Made by a program: the position numbers and the translations under genes. From an uncultured Sphaerobacteraceae bacterium (GTDB lineage: Bacteria > Chloroflexota > Chloroflexia > Thermomicrobiales > UBA6265): DNA of 64,000 nt. The notes under the pieces are model-generated. The model was not told where the DNA came from. It saw only the letters and a program-made list of their open reading frames with translations, and made no database searches. Below, in pieces: positions 58,322 through 64,000 of the stretch. Location: NCBI GenBank assembly GCA_964371945.1, contig CAYJPA010000018.1, positions 244 to 64,243 on the forward strand, written 5' to 3'. Position 1 is the first letter of the stretch. Every line of letters begins with the position of its first letter.

Positions 58322-59401
58322 CTACGCCGAACGCGAGGCGAGGGTGTCAATCAACGAGGCCAGCGCGGCATGGGAGGAGCCGAGTCGCTGCCCGCATGCG
58401 GCGTCGAGCGCGGTTCTCGCGTCTTCGTGATATGAGTGAGCCCGCTGCTCTACTAATGCTCGAATGTTGTGGCGGTCGAGGAGGTCCAGTACGCGGCTCG
58501 TGCCACGCTCATCAATCTCCGGTTGCTGATAGATTCGATCGAGCTCTTGGGTTGTCTCCTCATCGACCGCCGTTCGAAGTAGCAATAGCGGAAGGCTTTG
58601 TTTCTTCCGCCGGATATCGTCAGATTTGGCCTTGCCTGTCTCGGCGGTGTGACCCCAGACTCCAAGCAAGTCATCCTGGACCTGAAAGCCGAGCCCGAGG
58701 GCGCGTCCGAACCGGCCGAATTGCTCCGCATTCTCTTCGCCGGCATTGCCAAGCAACGCGCCGGCCCAGGCGGCATATTGCACGATCGCCGCGGTTTTGC
58801 CACCGATCATCTGCAAGTATTCGCCGGGCGAGACGTCCTGCCGCCGCTCAAAATCGAGATCGAGGACTTGGCCAGCGACGATTTCGATCGTCATCCGGTC
58901 GAATGCATCCGCGAGTCGAAGCGTCAGTTCGGCAGGCGCGTTCCCGGTGCGAAGCCGAAATAGCGCTATGTGGGCGGTGGCAAAGAGCGCATCCCCGGCA
59001 TTGATCGCCTGGGAATTGCCCCAGATCGACCAAACGGTCGGGCGGTGACGACGCCTTGGACTGTGATCTTGAATGTCGTCGTGGATGAGGGTGAAGTTGT
59101 GCAACAATTCGATTGCGGCGGCGAGCGGTGCGGCATCTTGAGGCGCTCCACCGGCCGCGGCACAACAGAGCAAGGCAACGAGCGGTCGAACCCGCTTGCC
59201 CTTATCTGTTTCGCCGTGAGCCAGATCCTCGAATTGGCGATCCGCCCAGCCCAAGTGATACCGGCTCATTCCGTTCAGAAGTGACGCGGGACCGTCAAGC
59301 GCGTGCATCGCCGCGATCATGTGCGGGCCGATGAGCCCCTCGAGGTCGATCGTTGACTCATGTTCGAATCGAGCGGATGTTGTCGCATGCACGGAAGTCA
59401 C
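58322..59401 (-). CDS. Polyprenyl diphosphate synthase (trans-isoprenyl, GGPP/long-chain type)
   Basis: The first Asp-rich motif is LIHDDIQD and the second is GFQVQDDLLG. TGKAKSDDIRRKK is present. GTG start after GGAG. Confidence 0.85.
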   Translation of the reverse strand: MTSVHATTSARFEHESTIDLEGLIGPHMIAAMHALDGPASLLNGMSRYHLGWADRQFEDLAHGETDKGKRVRPLVALLCCAAAGGAPQDAAPLAAAIELLHNFTLIHDDIQDHSPRRRHRPTVWSIWGNSQAINAGDALFATAHIALFRLRTGNAPAELTLRLADAFDRMTIEIVAGQVLDLDFERRQDVSPGEYLQMIGGKTAAIVQYAAWAGALLGNAGEENAEQFGRFGRALGLGFQVQDDLLGVWGHTAETGKAKSDDIRRKKQSLPLLLLRTAVDEETTQELDRIYQQPEIDERGTSRVLDLLDRHNIRALVEQRAHSYHEDARTALDAACGQRLGSSHAALASLIDTLASRSA

Positions 59402-59632
59402 GGGTTACTCCAATGGTCTTGGCCGCGGCCGAACTGTTCGAGCCTTGCACTGCACAAGCTTACCGGTTTCTCGCGCCAACGGTCCGGTTTTGCACGCTCC
59501 GTACGTCCGTGGCAAGGCGGCTGTCGTAGACTGTGTGTAACGTGCGTGCCTTGTCATACGGAACGTGCATCGGCGGCATCCTATTGGATCGAGCTGCCGA
59601 ACTTGACAAACGATTGAAACGGAGTTCATCGA

Positions 59633-60337
59633 ATGGGCGGCTGGGGACTGTACATCATCTTCATGTTGCCGGGATTGCTCTTTTCCCTCTGGGCTCAAAG
59701 CCGGGTGAAGGGCGCCTACAACAAATACAGCAACGTTCGAAACGAGCGCGGTCTGACCGGCGCACAGGCAGCTCGTTTAGTACTTGATTCGAACGGCCTC
59801 ACCGATGTTCCGATCGAAGCCGTGCCCGGACAACTAACTGACCATTACGATCCACGCGGGAGAATCCTGCGGTTGTCTCAAGGCGTCTTCGGAGTGCAGT
59901 CGATCGCGGCGATCGGTATCGCTGCCCACGAAGCCGGGCACGCGATTCAACACGCTCGCGGCTATTCGCCGCTGAAGGCGCGAACAGCGATTGTGCCCGT
60001 GGTCAACATTGGGTCGAAGCTCGGATTTGTCGTCTTGTTCATCGGTTTGATCCTTAACGCCACCGGCCTGGCTTGGGCGGGCGTTGCGCTCTTTGCCCTG
60101 ACTACGGTCTTTGCGTTCATCACGTTGCCGGTCGAATTCGACGCCTCGAACCGCGCCAAGCAAGCGCTGATCAGCGTTGGTCTCGTCGATGGCGGTGTCG
60201 GCGGCGGATCCGAAAGCAAAGCAGTCGCGTCGGTCCTCAATGCGGCGGCCTGGACCTACATCGCCGGTTTCACGGCTTCATTGCTGCAGTTGCTTTACTA
60301 CGTTTCGCTGGTCAGCGGCAGTTCACGCCGCAATTAG
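59633..60337 (+). CDS. Zinc metallopeptidase, YugP/Zn_peptidase_2 family
   Basis: LWAQSRVKGAYNKYS is present, the HExxH is AAHEAGHAIQH, and there are C-terminal TM helices. Confidence 0.85.
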   Translation: MGGWGLYIIFMLPGLLFSLWAQSRVKGAYNKYSNVRNERGLTGAQAARLVLDSNGLTDVPIEAVPGQLTDHYDPRGRILRLSQGVFGVQSIAAIGIAAHEAGHAIQHARGYSPLKARTAIVPVVNIGSKLGFVVLFIGLILNATGLAWAGVALFALTTVFAFITLPVEFDASNRAKQALISVGLVDGGVGGGSESKAVASVLNAAAWTYIAGFTASLLQLLYYVSLVSGSSRRN

Positions 60338-61356
60338 GCGACCGTCAACTCAAATGCTGCTCGAATGTCTCCTACATGCCGCTTGTTGTGATTGAAGATT
60401 CTGGAATCCCAGGATTCCTGGAGCGATTCGGTCACCAAGGAGTCGATGAGCTTCAGATCGCTGAGCACCTTGGCGATGACCACATCGTGAGCGCGGAACG
60501 AGCCATCGGCGACGCGAACAGCGATGCCGACCGCGTGCTCCGGGACCCCAACGCAGAGGAGACCTTCCGCGCCGCTCTTTGCGACCAGCCTACCGCCTGA
60601 CAACTTCATAAGATCGGTGTCGAGCCGGCCAGTTTGACCGCCCACATTCTCCGGATGCGCCGTCATCGCCGCGCGTAGACGATTCAATGCGACCGCGTGT
60701 GCGCGGCCTGCACCGACTGGTGAACGCTCCGACGCGGACAGGGTGGCAAATGACCGAGCCATCGCCGCGATCGAGAGTCCGAACGTGGGCAGGCCGCATC
60801 CGTCCGTGCCCATATGGATTTCACCTTCATCGACACGGCAAACCTCGGCGATAAGTCCTTTAATCGTGTGCTGTAGCGGATGCTCAGGCTCGAGATAGGT
60901 GTCGATCGGGTAGCCGAGTTGAATCGAGGCCGCAAGTATGCCCGTGTGCTTGCCCGAGCAATCGCACTGAAGCGGGGAACGGGGTTTTTGCCCGGAAAGG
61001 ATGAGGGCCATCTCGTCCTGGTCGATCGGCAGCGGGATGCCGCATTGGAGCGCATGATCGTCGAGACCCAATTTCGACAGCATCGCGAGCACCTGGTTTT
61101 GATGGAAAGCTTCGGCGCTGTGCGAGGCGCAACAGAGCGCGAGCTCGGCAGGAGTGAACTGAAAACGATCGGCCGCACCGCTTTCGACCAGCGGGATCGC
61201 CTGGAACGGCTTAGCGGATGACCGGAAGAGCGCAAATGTCTCTGGCTTGCCGGACCAGGCAACGAGATCGCCGGCCACACTGGCAACTACCACCGTTCCT
61301 TCATGCACGCTCTCGACCGCGCCCGCGCGCGTCACTTCGACCAATCTCGACGTCAC
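60334..61356 (-). CDS. Asparaginase (Asparaginase_II family)
   Basis: EVTRAGAVESVHEG, FRSSAKPFQAIPLVESGA and CSGKHTGILA are present. GTG start after GAAGGGG. The 3' end overlaps the convergent yugP-like gene by 4 nt. Confidence 0.8.
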   Translation of the reverse strand: MTSRLVEVTRAGAVESVHEGTVVVASVAGDLVAWSGKPETFALFRSSAKPFQAIPLVESGAADRFQFTPAELALCCASHSAEAFHQNQVLAMLSKLGLDDHALQCGIPLPIDQDEMALILSGQKPRSPLQCDCSGKHTGILAASIQLGYPIDTYLEPEHPLQHTIKGLIAEVCRVDEGEIHMGTDGCGLPTFGLSIAAMARSFATLSASERSPVGAGRAHAVALNRLRAAMTAHPENVGGQTGRLDTDLMKLSGGRLVAKSGAEGLLCVGVPEHAVGIAVRVADGSFRAHDVVIAKVLSDLKLIDSLVTESLQESWDSRIFNHNKRHVGDIRAAFELTVA

Positions 61357-61418
61357 CCACTACCCCTTCTCATTTCAAATCGTGATTGCTCGCGACCGGT
61401 GATCCTACCGCATGCGAT

Positions 61419-61805
61419 TCAGTCTCGCTCGATGGTTGATGTTGAATCCTCGACGATCATGGTTTCGGCGAAATGAGGCACGGGAAAGACGATGATGACG
61501 TGCATTTCGGTTGTGCCGGTGTTACGAAAGCCATGAATTGGGCCTGTCGGGAAGAACACAGATGACCTTGGAACGATCCCGATCCGATCGCCGTCGATCG
61601 TCGCTTCACCCGTCCCGGTCAAGAACATCAGTGCCTCTTCGCATGGATGAGAATGAAGAAGCACGCGATCTCCGGGCTGAAGCCACTGTTGCCCGAGAAC
61701 AATCGAATCAGAACCGACCGCGGAGGTCACGATGTGCTGCGACGGTAGACCGCTGGGACTTGGAACAATTGGAAGTTCGGCGTGGACAAGAAACGCGCCG
61801 TTCAT
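61419..61805 (-). CDS. Cupin domain protein
   Basis: HSHPCEEALMFLTGTGEATIDG ... GPIHGFRN form the two cupin motifs. The ATG at 61805 lies 6 nt after GGAGG. Confidence 0.75.
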   Translation of the reverse strand: MNGAFLVHAELPIVPSPSGLPSQHIVTSAVGSDSIVLGQQWLQPGDRVLLHSHPCEEALMFLTGTGEATIDGDRIGIVPRSSVFFPTGPIHGFRNTGTTEMHVIIVFPVPHFAETMIVEDSTSTIERD

Positions 61806-61949
61806 AGGCATCCTCCGGGGATCACGCTCACGCGGACGACTCTGGACGGCAGTCTATCCCACATAACCACCCGATCAATCGAAACCAGCAGGAACGTGAG
61901 CTCGTTAACTGAAGAGAACGAGCCGACGATCGCGTCCGAGGAGTGTTCC

Positions 61950-63512
61950 ATGACCGATTCATTACTGAAGCTTCCGATGAGCCGGCGGCGTGCAGTTTCA
62001 ACATTGGCAGCGGCGGGGGTATTGCTCTTGCCCGGTTCTCGGCATGCGCTTTCGGCGCCGATCGAATCAACCGACCGAACCGGCACCGCTCAGTCGCCGA
62101 CACGATACTTCCCCGAAACCGGGCACAATCTGAAAGGTCCGTTTCTGACACGATGGACAAGCGCCGGCGGGGAGGCGGTGCTCGGCATTCCGCTAAGTGA
62201 GGATCGTTACGCCGAGGGAATCGGCGTTGTGCAAACGTTTCAGGCCGTGACCCTTATCTACGATCCGGCTCTGCCGTCGCCGTGGGATGTTCAGGCGCAA
62301 CATTTGCCAAGCTCTGTTCGGAACACGCTTGCCCCAAGCTCCGCGCGCAAGAAGGTGACCGGCTGCAGCGCCGGCAAAAGCGATTGTCAGTTCTTCGAAA
62401 AGTCCGGCCACACGATCTCGGGACGTATCGCGAATTTCTGGAACACCAACGGCGATCTCCCGATCTTCGGACTGCCGATGACCGAACCGTTCAAAGAAAT
62501 TGTGTCCGGTTTCACGCTCCAGGTTTTCGAACGTGCGGTGCTCGAGGACCGTGGCTCGTCGGGAGTCACGCTCAGGCACATCGCCGCCGAGCTCGCTGCC
62601 AGTGATGGACTTCTTGGAGATCCTTCGTTCCTGCCGGCGCCTCCGACCGGCGGCGCGACCCAGCTCGTGAAATCCGAGGAAGGACTGCGGCTTCGGAGCG
62701 GACCGAGTCTCGAGTCAGAGATCATCGCCTTGCTGCCTGACAATGCCGAATTCATCGCCGCGGCAGGAGAAGATGGAGACTGGGTGGGGGGCTACATCGA
62801 CGGCTTCTCGGGATGGGTCTCGGCCGACTTCCTCAAGTCTCCGCCCAAACTGCAAACGATCTCCGTCGCCGATTGGAATCCGTCGATCTGGCAGGGCGCA
62901 GCGCTTGGTGAGACCAACGTTCGCGCAGAACCCACGACCAAGTCCGATATCGTGACCGTGCTTTCCTACGGAGACGAAGTGACGGTCAGCGATTGGGTGA
63001 AGGGCGAGGAGGTCTTCACTGGAGCGAACCTCTGGGCCAAGGTCGGAACGAACAAGTACATCTATGCGAGAAATATCGGCCGCAATGCGCCGGTGCAGGC
63101 ACCTCCGACTCCTGCCGATGCGCCGGCGCAAGGCCGCTGGATCGACGTTCATTTGACGCAGCAGCTCATGACCGCCTATGAGGGTCGAGATATCGCGAGA
63201 GTCGCGGTCACGACGACCGGCATGGCTGGGTGGGAAACGCCGCCGGGGTTCTACTCGATTTTGGCCCGCGTGCCGAATGAAACGATGGACAGCGGAGCAA
63301 TCGGCGCGGAGCATTTTTACAAGCTCGAGGATGTGCTCTTTACCCAGTACTTCACCAACCGGGGACACGCGATCCACTTTGCCTGGTGGCGCACTCCTGA
63401 GACGATTGGACGGCCAGGCAGTCACGGCTGCCTAAATCTGTTGCTGGACGATTCGCAGTTTTTCTGGGAGTGGGCTGGAGTTGGAACGGCGGTGCTTGTT
63501 CGGACAGCATAG
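61950..63512 (+). CDS. Tat-exported L,D-transpeptidase (YkuD) with two SH3b-like domains
   Basis: The Tat signal is MSRRRAVSTLAAAGVLLLPGS. There are two SH3b-like repeats (LRLRSGPSLESEIIALLP..., TNVRAEPTTKSDIVTVLS...). The C-terminal YkuD domain has the catalytic motif GRPGSHGCLNL. The start is the ATG at 61950 or 61977. Confidence 0.85.
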   Translation: MTDSLLKLPMSRRRAVSTLAAAGVLLLPGSRHALSAPIESTDRTGTAQSPTRYFPETGHNLKGPFLTRWTSAGGEAVLGIPLSEDRYAEGIGVVQTFQAVTLIYDPALPSPWDVQAQHLPSSVRNTLAPSSARKKVTGCSAGKSDCQFFEKSGHTISGRIANFWNTNGDLPIFGLPMTEPFKEIVSGFTLQVFERAVLEDRGSSGVTLRHIAAELAASDGLLGDPSFLPAPPTGGATQLVKSEEGLRLRSGPSLESEIIALLPDNAEFIAAAGEDGDWVGGYIDGFSGWVSADFLKSPPKLQTISVADWNPSIWQGAALGETNVRAEPTTKSDIVTVLSYGDEVTVSDWVKGEEVFTGANLWAKVGTNKYIYARNIGRNAPVQAPPTPADAPAQGRWIDVHLTQQLMTAYEGRDIARVAVTTTGMAGWETPPGFYSILARVPNETMDSGAIGAEHFYKLEDVLFTQYFTNRGHAIHFAWWRTPETIGRPGSHGCLNLLLDDSQFFWEWAGVGTAVLVRTA

Positions 63513-64000
63513 AGAGCAGATCCTGTTGATTCGCGGATAAATTGGTCGATAGGCGGTGCTTTTCGCGCTCGCCGGCGGGTGTCAGCCACGTCCCAAATCT
63601 AGGCCAACCTTGACAAATCGCCCGCAAGTTCTTCATGCTGCCGGTAAATGCGTCCGTTCTGATTCGCATCCGCGGTCTGCGCCAGGGTATTAGCGGCGCA
63701 TCGTCATGCGGTGTGCGAACTATTCATCGGCGCCACCGCGAGGATCACCGAGGACACCATGAGCTCCAGGTACTGGCGTCGTGATAGCCACGAGGAGGAA
63801 CCGGCGGAGTGGTAGCTGCGCCTCGGCGCTCCGGGCACCAATCCAGATCACGCGACGATCGTCCACCCGATTTGACGTTGCGCTGGTTGCCGCGCTGATG
63901 CCGCGCGCGACTCCGGCACGAGGCGGTTCCCGGGGCGATCGAGCGGCTGAGGGGCCGCGGCCCTTTTCGCGGGAATGGTTGCAGTTGTCGCCAGAGCAGC

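Noticed and set aside
58213-59004. 263-aa plus-strand ORF
   Set aside because: It is antisense to the polyprenyl synthase gene, which has both Asp-rich motifs. Its translation is extremely Arg-rich.
63352-64000. ORF 63352-63669 (minus) and the unannotated right-hand 490 bp
   Set aside because: The ORF overlaps the 3' end of the L,D-transpeptidase gene by about 160 nt and has no motifs. Open frames reaching the right edge on either strand are low-complexity and cannot be supported. No call is made for 63513-64000.

Overview
This is a high-GC bacterial chromosomal window with about 60 protein genes and 3 tRNAs. I found no rRNA, CRISPR array or intact mobile element. The gene content (HslVU, form-II CoxSLM, Tat signals, GT-C glycosyltransferases, a fused AccD/AccA) would fit a Chloroflexota/Thermomicrobia-like or actinobacterial organism, but taxonomy cannot be settled from the sequence alone.

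Most of the window is housekeeping:
- A tRNA-Leu/Gly/Arg cluster.
- An M50-CBS protease.
- Rrf2 plus cysteine desulfurase.
- scpA and scpB.
- dprA.
- topA.
- hslV and hslU.
- A complete peptide ABC importer, plus a second orphan pair of ATPase genes.
- ilvE.
- ridA.
- A CtpA-like S41 protease.
- A TPP enzyme.
- coxSLM.
- hom.
- accD/A.
- purK and purE.
- pyrG.
- recX.
- A polyprenyl synthase.
- An asparaginase.
- An L,D-transpeptidase.

The accessory or unusual parts are:
1. A divergently placed, uncharacterised 423-aa protein with a PD-(D/E)xK-type nuclease motif (38151-39422). I consider this the best candidate for something undescribed.
2. A five-gene envelope glycosylation cluster: GtrA, a Glf-like flavoenzyme and two GT-C membrane proteins (29710-36097).
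3. An AT-richer VapBC toxin-antitoxin insertion, followed by about 1 kb of decayed genes (12613-14525).
4. A short integrase-like relic beside the tRNAs.
5. A tandem nitrilase-superfamily protein whose second domain lacks the catalytic Cys.
6. An HslV with an N-terminal extension and a long acidic tail.
7. A small-protein operon (57411-58125).

All functional calls rest on motifs read by eye from the translations. No database search was run. Start codons are often uncertain, because the ORF track gives maximal ORFs. Where a conserved N-terminus, a Shine-Dalgarno (SD) sequence or overlap logic supported it, I moved the start.
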